Source: a virus
Direction: 5' to 3' (one strand)
Virus record (IMG/VR): IMGVR_UViG_3300017678_000008
Span: 3,792 to 67,791 of that record
DNA length: 64,000 nt
Numbering within the stretch: position 1 is the first letter of the stretch; every line of letters begins with the position of its first letter. The notes beneath the pieces were generated by a model. That model did no database searches and was not told the origin of the DNA. It saw only the letters and a program-made list of their open reading frames with translations. Positions 1 through 7,779 of this stretch are shown in pieces. Both the position numbers and the translations under genes were made by a program.

Positions 1-334
1 GGCAGGTCGAAGTGAACTCCATCCGCTCGTCATGGGCAACGTCCGCACCCTGGCCAGCGTCGCGCAATAGCAACGGGGGCACGCCCGTGTGACGAGGGTA
101 GGGAATCGGGGCGCTGGGATCCTCGAACCAGGACGCATCCACGTCGTAGCCCTGAGACTTGGCCAGCTCGATCATCCGCGTAAGCGTGGTGCGTGAAGGG
201 TTGTACTTACCGCTCGTGCGATTGTAGTTACGAATCGCGTGGCCAGTCACCCCAAGGAGCCGTCCAAGGGCTTCGGGGTTGTAGCCCATTTGGCGGCCCA
301 AATTTATAAGTTTCTGACCAGGTCGTAGGTCCAC
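1..334 (-). CDS. HTH phage repressor (CI-like), 3' end outside window
   Basis: Hand translation from GTG at 334 gives VDLRPGQKLINLGRQMGYNPEALGRLLGVTGHAIRNYNRTSGKYNPSRTTLTRMIELAK, homologous to 32677-33246; divergent from the early operon. Confidence 0.75.
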   Translation of the reverse strand, partial: MDLRPGQKLINLGRQMGYNPEALGRLLGVTGHAIRNYNRTSGKYNPSRTTLTRMIELAKSQGYDVDASWFEDPSAPIPYPRHTGVPPLLLRDAGQGADVAHDERMEFTSTC

Positions 335-369
335 AAGCGCATCATGTCGCTTCGCCGCGAAAATAGATA

Positions 370-417
370 TTGACAAAACTTACAGGTTTGCGACAAGATT
401 TACACGCCATGTCGCAA
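370..417 (+). promoter_or_regulatory. Early rightward promoter/operator region
   Basis: TTGACA at 370-375. TTGACAAAACT is shared with 33285 and lies 39 nt from the ATG in both phages. Perfect inverted repeat TTGCGACA (388-395) / TGTCGCAA (410-417). Confidence 0.6.
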
Positions 418-621
418 CCCGCAGGTAAAAAAGCGGGGGTCGAGAACATCCGCACCCTGGTCCTCTCCGGGGCACTTGATGATCTTCGGCTCTCTTTGAA
501 CTCACCAGATGAAGCTGAGCGCCAGGAGTACTTCCGGCGATTCGAACGCGCGACCTCTAAGGTCAATTGGCGCGCACTCCACAACGAACTGCGAGACGTC
601 ATCCAGGGGGCTCAGTCGTGA
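409..621 (+). CDS. First early protein (Cro position, no clear HTH)
   Basis: Homologue at 33324-33536 (VENIRTLVLSGA...RFERAT..VNW conserved). Confidence 0.75.
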   Translation: MSQPAGKKAGVENIRTLVLSGALDDLRLSLNSPDEAERQEYFRRFERATSKVNWRALHNELRDVIQGAQS

Positions 622-806
622 CGGCCGTTGCGATCGGCACCGCCCTCGTGCTGCTCTCGATCGTCGGTCTGGCCGTGGCCTTTGTGCTCTTCGAGACCTT
701 GCCGCGTAACGCGAAGAACGCCCGCAGCGCCGCCACCACCAACATGCTGGTGGCCGCCGCCCTTGCCGCCCTGGCCCTGATCCAACTTGGGAAGGTGGAC
801 GCCTAA
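618..806 (+). CDS. Small 2-TM membrane protein
   Basis: GTGA overlap with the upstream gene; two hydrophobic segments; homologue 33766-33954. Confidence 0.75.
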   Translation: MTAVAIGTALVLLSIVGLAVAFVLFETLPRNAKNARSAATTNMLVAAALAALALIQLGKVDA

Positions 807-1057
807 TGCACAAGTTCACCATCAAGCCCGCTTGGGACTTCGACGACCACAAGGGCTGGGAAGTCATGTTTGGCAGGCGCAACGAAGGCCAAATCAGCTG
901 GTACAGCGCAGACCACGAGAACGCAAAGGATGATGAAGGTGAAGGGTTCTATTGGTCGGGCTACGTTCCCCATCACAAGATGAACGGCGGCAAATTCGAC
1001 ACGCTCGAAGAATGTGCTGACGATATGTGGCGGAAGTTAATGGAGGCAAAACCGTGA
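806..1057 (+). CDS. Hypothetical protein (A-specific)
   Basis: TAATG coupling; fills the slot between two conserved genes. Confidence 0.7.
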   Translation: MHKFTIKPAWDFDDHKGWEVMFGRRNEGQISWYSADHENAKDDEGEGFYWSGYVPHHKMNGGKFDTLEECADDMWRKLMEAKP

Positions 1058-1266
1058 TGCACGGCATCACTGGCCATGTGCGCCGGGGGAACGCGCGCAC
1101 GTACCGACAGGGAGTTCGCCACGGGGTAGCCATGACGGTGGCCGGGATGGCACTCATGGTGGCCGCCTACTTTGTCCTAGCCTATGGCCTCGATCGCCAG
1201 CACGAAATGGACACCGCCAAGTGGGAGCGAAACGAGCGCCTAGCCGCCGAGTGGGGTGGCCGCTAA
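1057..1266 (+). CDS. Small single-TM protein
   Basis: Near-identical homologue 34355-34564 (MHGITGHVRRG...AAEWGGR). Confidence 0.8.
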   Translation: MHGITGHVRRGNARTYRQGVRHGVAMTVAGMALMVAAYFVLAYGLDRQHEMDTAKWERNERLAAEWGGR

Positions 1267-2762
1267 TGCCGAGCAAAGCCAAGAAGAAAGCAACTGAAAC
1301 GGTTGATGTGCCCCCGGCAGTCGTCGCCATGCTCTCACCGGATCAGCTCGATCTCGCTCCGTTCAATCCGCGCCGAACCTTCCGCGAGGAGACAATCGCA
1401 GAGCTTGCCGGTTCCATTCTTCAGCACGGTGTCCTACAGCCCATAGTCGTACGTGAGCTTGATGGTCGGTTTCAAGTGGTCTGCGGGGCACGTCGGACCC
1501 TTGCGGCAATTAAGGCCGCTCTCACCGCTATCCCGGCCGTCATTCGGGATCTCACAGACCAACAAGCCATAGAGGCCTCACTAACGGAGAACATGGTCCG
1601 CGAGGACGTGGAGCCGATGGAAGAGGCCCATGTCATTGATGGCCTGGCCGCCTTCTACGACACGGACCAGGCCCTCGCAGATCGTCTTGGCCGCTCAGCG
1701 GCTTGGGTTTCTCGCCGGCGACGGTTGCTAGGCCTCATCCCTGCATTGCAAGAATCGATCGAACAGCACGAGTTTCCTCTCGGTTGGTACGAGATCGCAT
1801 GCCGCTTGACCGAAGAAGACCAAGCGGCCGTACTAGGATACGTTCGGGTCTGGCCCGGCGGAGCTACTCCTAAAAGGCTCCGTGACTACCTCACACGGAC
1901 TGGCGTACGCCTTGAAAGCGCACCGTTTGAACTCGATCAGCCCATTGGTGGCCGACCAGCATGCGAAGGGTGCCCGCACAACACGGCAAGCCAGGCGGAT
2001 CTATTCGATGCCGACGAACCGGCCATGTGCCGAAATCGAACCTGCTTCGATGAGAAGGCGGCAATGTTCGCCGAGCGCTTTGCGCAAGAGAATCAACTGC
2101 CTCTCATGCAGGTGAATTGGAGTCAGCGGGCCTATCCAGAGGAGCACTTTGATGAGACCATCCACAAGGGCTTGACAAGAGTTGTGGTTGGGCCAGGCTC
2201 TCAACGGGGGCCAGTCGGCCAGGTGCTTTACGTTGAAGTGCCAGAGCCTCGCCCAGAAGGTGAGATCGACCCAGAAAAGCTCAAGCGCCGGGCGTACCTA
2301 GCCACCTGCAAACGCGAGAACTGGATCCGGTGGCAGCTGCTCGAAAGCCTTGGCCGCCAGGTCGCAGTGCTGGGCGAACTCGATGTGACAAATGCCCTTG
2401 CCAACCTTCACTACATCTTATGGCGCGTGATGCGTGGCGGCAACATCAGCATCCAGGATAAGCATCGAATCAGCCGGCCGGAATTCTTGGGCCTCGCCCA
2501 GATCAATGGCTACGACGAAAAGACTCCTGACCCAGATAGCCGAAAGGCGCTCCTAGCCTCGCTCATTTGGGAAGCATGCCATGAAGAGCTGGCTTGCAAG
2601 GACTGGGCCGGGCAAAACCGAGAACACCAACCAGACACGGCCATCCAGGAGGCTTATACGGCCCTGGGGGCGGACTACCTGCATTACCGGCAGCTTTTCG
2701 AAGGGCAGTGGGCCGAGAAGTCTGAGGGCAAAAAGGCAAAGGAGGGCGAGGTTGACGCCTGA
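1266..2762 (+). CDS. ParB/Srx-family protein with Cys cluster
   Basis: NPRRTF...LAGSILQHGVLQPIVVR...VVCGARR...ENMVREDV..EEA (ParB N-domain), HTH, CEGC..C....C motif. Confidence 0.85.
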   Translation: MPSKAKKKATETVDVPPAVVAMLSPDQLDLAPFNPRRTFREETIAELAGSILQHGVLQPIVVRELDGRFQVVCGARRTLAAIKAALTAIPAVIRDLTDQQAIEASLTENMVREDVEPMEEAHVIDGLAAFYDTDQALADRLGRSAAWVSRRRRLLGLIPALQESIEQHEFPLGWYEIACRLTEEDQAAVLGYVRVWPGGATPKRLRDYLTRTGVRLESAPFELDQPIGGRPACEGCPHNTASQADLFDADEPAMCRNRTCFDEKAAMFAERFAQENQLPLMQVNWSQRAYPEEHFDETIHKGLTRVVVGPGSQRGPVGQVLYVEVPEPRPEGEIDPEKLKRRAYLATCKRENWIRWQLLESLGRQVAVLGELDVTNALANLHYILWRVMRGGNISIQDKHRISRPEFLGLAQINGYDEKTPDPDSRKALLASLIWEACHEELACKDWAGQNREHQPDTAIQEAYTALGADYLHYRQLFEGQWAEKSEGKKAKEGEVDA

Positions 2763-2949
2763 AGAAGCCAAGGCGCTGAATCCCGGCACCGTCATCCGGA
2801 GTGTCCTGCACGAGCGCGAGCGATACAAGGTGCTCGCGCTTGAGCGAGTCAGCAAGAAGGCCGAGCCCGAGATCGTAGCCGTGCGGGTTGACTTGGAGCC
2901 CGTCAGGTTCCGCCCTCAAGACCTTCGATATTGGAAGGTGGAAGCGTGA
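2752..2949 (+). CDS. Small beta-rich hypothetical protein
   Basis: TTG start after GGAGG; homologue 34788-34985 (EAKAL.PG.VIRS.LHE...VRFRPQDLRYW). Confidence 0.75.
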   Translation: MTPEEAKALNPGTVIRSVLHERERYKVLALERVSKKAEPEIVAVRVDLEPVRFRPQDLRYWKVEA

Positions 2950-3026
2950 CCGAGGCCCAACGCGAGGCCCTTAGCCTGGCCTTCGTTCTCGTCGTGATCC
3001 TGGTGATCCTATGGGGGGACCGGTGA
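2946..3026 (+). CDS. 26-aa membrane micro-peptide
   Basis: MTEAQREALSLAFVLVVILVILWGDR with GTGA overlaps at both ends; homologue 34982-35068. Confidence 0.65.
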   Translation: MTEAQREALSLAFVLVVILVILWGDR

Positions 3027-3337
3027 CCGTGGCCCACCCCAACATTAAGCGAGCACGGCAGGGCTATCGCTCGTGGCATGCGGCGGATCCGAAGCGGAAG
3101 GGGATGCCGATCACCAAGGCGCAGGTGGACAGCATCAGGGCGGAACTCAAGATCATCAAGGGCAACGAGAATGTGCTCATTGCCTTGGTGTACGACAAGG
3201 TTGGCCGCGAAGGTGTGAGGCGACTGGAAGACATGGATCTCTATGAGGTCCAGGTGGCCTTCGAGCTTTTGCTCATGCCGGAAGTACGCAGCGCCCTCCG
3301 CACCCACCGACGACCGGGAGGCGAGCAAAGTGCCTGA
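3023..3337 (+). CDS. Hypothetical protein
   Basis: Homologue 35720-36019 (IT.AQ....R.ELKII.G.E..L.ALVY...GREG..RLE). Confidence 0.75.
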   Translation: MTVAHPNIKRARQGYRSWHAADPKRKGMPITKAQVDSIRAELKIIKGNENVLIALVYDKVGREGVRRLEDMDLYEVQVAFELLLMPEVRSALRTHRRPGGEQSA

Positions 3338-3902
3338 CACCACACGCCGAGTCGGGAAGACGATCAAGCAGGGCCGAGACCTCCGGGATGGCAGCTGCAC
3401 GGTGTGTGTGCTGGCCATGGCCACCGGCGAAACGCTTGAGGCCGTGTACGAGTTTCTCAACGACGGCCGCCAGGTCGGAGACCCTGTAAACATGGCCGAC
3501 GCCGCCCTATTTCTGATGAGTCGGGGCGTAGTGCTTGGGGCAGGGCATGGCGTGAACACCAAAGGCTACAGGCCAACGGACGACCTGATCCACCGCATTA
3601 AGGGGTGGCCCGCCTTTGTGGTCGTCAGCTCTGGATGTGAGAACGAGTACTGGGAGCACGCCCTCTATTACGATGGCCGGTATCTGCGAGATCCAGACCC
3701 ATTCAAAGGGGCAACCTCGAAGTGGGAAGACTACGATCTCAAACTCATTTACCCCCTGGCGCTCATCAGCGACCGGTGGCAATGTGAGAGGATGATGCTG
3801 GCTCCGCAGCCGACGCCGGACTATGTGCTCGATTGGCGGAACGGAGAGTACGGCAACACCTACGGCCCGAAGCCCGAAGCCGAAGGAGGAGAAGGTGCCT
3901 GA
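3330..3902 (+). CDS. C39-like (papain-fold) cysteine peptidase
   Basis: GGAGG RBS and GTG start; Q...SCTVCVLAMATG, EHALYYDG...DP (Cys/His/Asp pattern of C39-like peptidases). Confidence 0.55.
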   Translation: MPDTTRRVGKTIKQGRDLRDGSCTVCVLAMATGETLEAVYEFLNDGRQVGDPVNMADAALFLMSRGVVLGAGHGVNTKGYRPTDDLIHRIKGWPAFVVVSSGCENEYWEHALYYDGRYLRDPDPFKGATSKWEDYDLKLIYPLALISDRWQCERMMLAPQPTPDYVLDWRNGEYGNTYGPKPEAEGGEGA

Positions 3903-4197
3903 CATCAAGCTGATTAGCGATGCGACCGACAAGCCTAGCCGAGGCCAAAGGGAGGGCAACGTGCCTAAGGAAGCGCCCTACGCTCAGGACTACTACCTGC
4001 GCAAGCAATCGATCGAATTGGAGGAGATAGCCAGGTGTCCAACTGTCCATTTCGACCACGAAGAATTGGACGGCCTTCTTAGCATCTTTGAGGATTACCA
4101 ACTTCAAAAATTGCAGAGAGAATTCCGGTTGGCAGCCGCAAAGCTACTTCTCGATTTGGTCAGCATTGACCGCGAGATCCAGCGGAGGCAGAAGTGA
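3895..4197 (+). CDS. Hypothetical protein
   Basis: GGAG RBS and GTG start; coupled to both neighbours. Confidence 0.6.
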   Translation: MPDIKLISDATDKPSRGQREGNVPKEAPYAQDYYLRKQSIELEEIARCPTVHFDHEELDGLLSIFEDYQLQKLQREFRLAAAKLLLDLVSIDREIQRRQK

Positions 4198-4436
4198 ACC
4201 ACAAGGAAGATCTTCGCGCGATCGAAGCCGAGGTCATCGCCCGCGCGGGTGGCAACCCCGGGGCGCTCAATGTGATGTGCCTCGGTGTGCTCGAGCACGG
4301 CCGCGCGTTCTACGATCGCATAGCCGCCGCCGGGCTCACGGACGCCGCTATCTGGGAGAAGTTCAAGGACGAACATGGGATGGACTATGAGTCCATGTTC
4401 CACGCGCTAGGTGGCGCTCATGACGGCACCGATTGA
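4194..4436 (+). CDS. Hypothetical protein (GNPGA motif)
   Basis: GGAGG RBS, GTGA overlap. Confidence 0.65.
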   Translation: MNHKEDLRAIEAEVIARAGGNPGALNVMCLGVLEHGRAFYDRIAAAGLTDAAIWEKFKDEHGMDYESMFHALGGAHDGTD

Positions 4437-6894
4437 CCTCATCCGCCAGCGCCTTCACCAGCTGGGCAAGTCGATCACCCGGGATAAGGGTGATCGCTTC
4501 ATGTGCCAGTGCCCAGGGCACGACGGCAAGGACGCCAACTGCTCAGTGTGGTCAGATCCGGACGGCCATGCGGCCGTCAAGTGCTTTTCTCATGGGTGCT
4601 CAAGTGAGCAGATCATGCAGGGCCTTGGCCTCAAGGTTGAAGACCTGTTTAAGGAATCGCGCGAGTACTTGGTCTGGAAGAACACGGAGCGGATCATCCA
4701 ATCCATCTACCGATACGAGGACCGTGACGGGCATCTCCTGTTTGAGAAGGTGCGGATGTTCCCCAAGGACTTCATGGTCCGCGCCCTGGTCACGCACGAA
4801 GGCCGTGAGGGGTATCGGTACAGCCTGGCCGCCTGTTACTTCGAATATAAGCGCCCTCGAGGGAAGGGGCCGGGAACGTGGAAGTCCACCCAGCACCGCA
4901 AGCGTATGGCCGTGGTGCCCGAGCCTGGCCTCGTTTGGATGGACGCAATCAAGCCGGATCTGTACCGCGCCCGGGAAACCTACGAGGCCGCCCAAGCGGG
5001 CCACGCCATATGGCTCGTGGAAGGCGAGAAGGACGCGAATTACCTGACCCAACATGGCCTGTTTGCGACGAGTCGCCACAGCGGGGGCGGCGGGAAGAAG
5101 TGGCTCCAAAGATACACCGACACGCTGAAAGGGGCCGCCGTCGTGAACATCATCCCGGACCAGGACGAAGTGGGCGCCAGCTACGCGCAGGTGGTCTACC
5201 ACGAGCTCCGGGCCGCAGGGATCGAAGTCGTCATCTACAAGCCCGCAGCGGGCAAGGACGCCGCCGACCACTTCGCCGAGGGCTACGGCGCAGACGACTT
5301 TATCCCGGTCGCGATCGAAGACGTTACCAAGGAGTTTGGGGTGGAGCCGCCCCCGCCTACGGAGCCGCCGCCCGGGCCGCCGCTCAAGATCGTGGAGGGC
5401 GGGATCACCGAATGGGAGGAGCCACTCCCCACCAGCGACATGGACATGGCCAGCCTCATGGCCTCGCGCTACGGCGACGAGCTCAGATATTGCCCACCGT
5501 TCGGTTGCTGGTTCACTTGGGACGGCACCAAATGGGCCGAAGATGAAACCGCCGGCGCACCGCTTTTGCAACGCTACGAGCTGCTCGCCCGCCAGGTCGA
5601 GGCCGGGGTAAGGAAGATCGATATCCCGAAGCCCTCGCATGGGCAGAAGCCCGCGATCACGTACGGCCGAAAGGTGGCCAGCGCATACGCTTATCGCCAG
5701 GTGGCCGAGCTGCTCCAACGCCGCACCGGCATGGTCATCCTTCCGGACAACATGGACGCCTATCCGGATCTCCTCCCATGCGCCAATGGCGTGGTGGATC
5801 TCGAGACCGGCAAGATGTACGAGCATGACCGGGAGCGCCTGGTCACGCAGGCCGTGGGGGTCGCCTACAACCCAGCGGCCGAGTGCCCGACATGGTGGAG
5901 CTTTATCCGCAGCGCAACGGCCGGTGATGAAGAGCTGGCCAAGTACCTCTGGAAAGCCGTCGGCTACTGGTTCACCGGGCACACGAAGGAGCAAAAGTTC
6001 TGGTTCCTTCACGGCGCGGGCGCGACCGGGAAGACGACTTTCCTCGAGACCATCCAGCGGATCGCCGGTGACCAGGCCGCCAGTCTGGATCCCGCTCACC
6101 TCATGGTCCAGAGGTATCAGGGGGTGCCGGAGCACCTGGCCCGCCTGCGGGGTAAGCGCCTGGTGACGGCCGTAGAAGCGAACCGCAATAACCGCTTCGA
6201 TGAAGGCCTGATGAAGCGCCTCACCGGGGGCGAGACGATCGTGGCCAGGCGCATGCGCGAGAACTCCGTAGAGTTCCATCCACTGTTCAAGCTCGTGGTG
6301 ACATCCAACCACCGGCCGGGCGTGAGTGACGACGGGACAAGCTTTTGGCGGCGCATGGCGGCCGTGCCGTTCAACAACGTGGTGGAAGAGGCCGACCGAG
6401 ATCCAGACCTACCGGCCAAGCTGGCCGCCGAGGCGCAGGGCATCCTCACGTGGATCGTGAAGGGGGCCGTGCTCTACTACCAAGATGGCAAGCTCGGCAC
6501 AGCGGCCGCACTCGAGAGGGCCAAGGATGAGTACCGCGAGGACACGGACGAGCTCATCGAATTCCTTCACTCCCACGTGCGGGAGTGTGCCCCCGAGGTC
6601 CGCGAAAACAACCAGGTGGCCACGTCGATCATGTACCAGACGTACGTGCAATGGGCCGAGAACGCCCGCCAGCGGCCCATAGGAGAGCGCCACTTCAAGG
6701 CCTCGATGTTGGCCAAGGGCTTCGAGTGGCGGCGCACCAGGAAGACGCGCGTATGGGTTGGCCTTCGCATCGTGAACACGATGGAAGAGAACACCGAGGA
6801 CGATCCGGGCGAAGGGTTCTACACCAAGGTCAACGACGACGCCCTCACCGGCGAAGCACTAGCCGAAGCCCTGGCCGACGAGTTCGGCGACTAA
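4420..6894 (+). CDS. P4-alpha-like primase-helicase (Zn finger, TOPRIM, D5/SF3 helicase, C-terminal wHTH)
   Basis: CQCPGH..C..C..GC; LVEGEKDA and IIPDQD TOPRIM motifs; GAGATGKTT Walker A; KRLTGGETIVARR; SNHRP; WRRM. Confidence 0.93.
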   Translation: MTAPIDLIRQRLHQLGKSITRDKGDRFMCQCPGHDGKDANCSVWSDPDGHAAVKCFSHGCSSEQIMQGLGLKVEDLFKESREYLVWKNTERIIQSIYRYEDRDGHLLFEKVRMFPKDFMVRALVTHEGREGYRYSLAACYFEYKRPRGKGPGTWKSTQHRKRMAVVPEPGLVWMDAIKPDLYRARETYEAAQAGHAIWLVEGEKDANYLTQHGLFATSRHSGGGGKKWLQRYTDTLKGAAVVNIIPDQDEVGASYAQVVYHELRAAGIEVVIYKPAAGKDAADHFAEGYGADDFIPVAIEDVTKEFGVEPPPPTEPPPGPPLKIVEGGITEWEEPLPTSDMDMASLMASRYGDELRYCPPFGCWFTWDGTKWAEDETAGAPLLQRYELLARQVEAGVRKIDIPKPSHGQKPAITYGRKVASAYAYRQVAELLQRRTGMVILPDNMDAYPDLLPCANGVVDLETGKMYEHDRERLVTQAVGVAYNPAAECPTWWSFIRSATAGDEELAKYLWKAVGYWFTGHTKEQKFWFLHGAGATGKTTFLETIQRIAGDQAASLDPAHLMVQRYQGVPEHLARLRGKRLVTAVEANRNNRFDEGLMKRLTGGETIVARRMRENSVEFHPLFKLVVTSNHRPGVSDDGTSFWRRMAAVPFNNVVEEADRDPDLPAKLAAEAQGILTWIVKGAVLYYQDGKLGTAAALERAKDEYREDTDELIEFLHSHVRECAPEVRENNQVATSIMYQTYVQWAENARQRPIGERHFKASMLAKGFEWRRTRKTRVWVGLRIVNTMEENTEDDPGEGFYTKVNDDALTGEALAEALADEFGD

Positions 6895-7232
6895 GGCGAG
6901 GGGCTTTCAGATCCGCGGGCCGCAGCGCGTGAGCGCCAGCGCCGCGGATCGATCGCGTCTCGAATCAGCAAAGGCTCACCCCGTTGCGCATCTCGCTTCT
7001 CGAGCTTGTCGGCAAGGACCTCGAACACACGGCAGAAGCCAACGAGCAACATGACCGGGATGGCCAGGGCAAACCAAACCGGCCACGTGAAGGCGATCAA
7101 GGCAGTACGAACGGTGACGGGATACCAAGGCCCATCGAGCGCAAGGCAGATCACCGCGATGCCAAAGAGGTTGAGAGCCAGGCCCGGGATTGAATAAAGC
7201 CAGACAAAGGTGTCAAGGATAAACCTGTCCAT
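6891..7232 (-). CDS. Antisense 2-TM membrane protein (candidate superinfection exclusion)
   Basis: Homologue 39475-39909 (WLYS.PG.A...YP..VRTA.IA..WP.W.A); extended -10 TGGTACAAT 9 nt upstream. Confidence 0.7.
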   Translation of the reverse strand: MDRFILDTFVWLYSIPGLALNLFGIAVICLALDGPWYPVTVRTALIAFTWPVWFALAIPVMLLVGFCRVFEVLADKLEKRDAQRGEPLLIRDAIDPRRWRSRAAARGSESPSP

Positions 7233-7290
7233 ATGCCGGCCATTGTACCAAATCCCCCCGCGCCCCCCTTTTCTTGGATTGCCGCGAAGC

Positions 7291-7697
7291 GTCACAGGTG
7301 TCACGCGCCAACCGCACATGGCATATGCCGATGAAAGCAGCAGATCGTCGGCACGAGCGCCGGAAATACCGATGCCGTCGGGGTGTGACGCCCAAGCGTG
7401 ACGGGTGTGACACCAAGGGTGACGCCAAAGAAGGGCCGAGAATCGGCCATTTTGAACCTATGGTGACGGGTGTGACGCTTGTGACGCCAAATTGCAACAA
7501 TACGCATAGCGTGCGCGCACACCCACAGCCGTGCATGTGCGCATATGTGACGTGGATATCGAAAAAACCCGTCACACCCGTCACACTCGTCACCGTGGCC
7601 ATTGTGGCCCTGCCTCAACCGAACTGAGAAAGCCGGGAGGCCTGGCCGCCGCTCGTGGTGTCACCCGACCCGTCACAGCCAAAACCGGACCCGTCAC
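7291..7697. repeat. Iteron array / probable replication origin A
   Basis: 8 GTGAC and 8 GTCAC copies, including 9-bp-period triplets at 7463/7472/7481 and inverted 7571/7580/7589 around a purine-pyrimidine core; directly downstream of the primase. Confidence 0.75.
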
Positions 7698-7744
7698 CCG
7701 CGGACGATTCTGCGAAAACTTTCGGAAAAAGTGGCCCAAAGGGA

Positions 7745-7773
7745 TTGACATTCACGAGGCGCTCAGGTAATTG
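7745..7773 (+). promoter_or_regulatory. Late promoter candidate
   Basis: TTGACATTCaCGAGgcgcTCAGGTAA, matching 40352 (TTGACATTCgCGAGatcgTCAGGTAA). Confidence 0.6.
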
Positions 7774-7779
7774 CCCGCC

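Noticed and set aside
38-53. AACGTCCGCACCCTGG near-match to AACATCCGCACCCTGG at 445-460 as an operator pair
   Set aside because: Not present at the equivalent place in B's repressor gene and both copies are coding; likely chance.
4600-6312. Long antisense ORFs (570 aa here; also 14267-15166, 21185-22243, 23965-24975, 46581-47591)
   Set aside because: Shadow frames of high-GC coding genes; no motifs, and ORF boundaries are not shared between A and B.
7291-7697. Repeat cluster as a CRISPR array
   Set aside because: Units are 5-9 bp with no spacers of uniform length and no cas genes; layout and position fit iterons.
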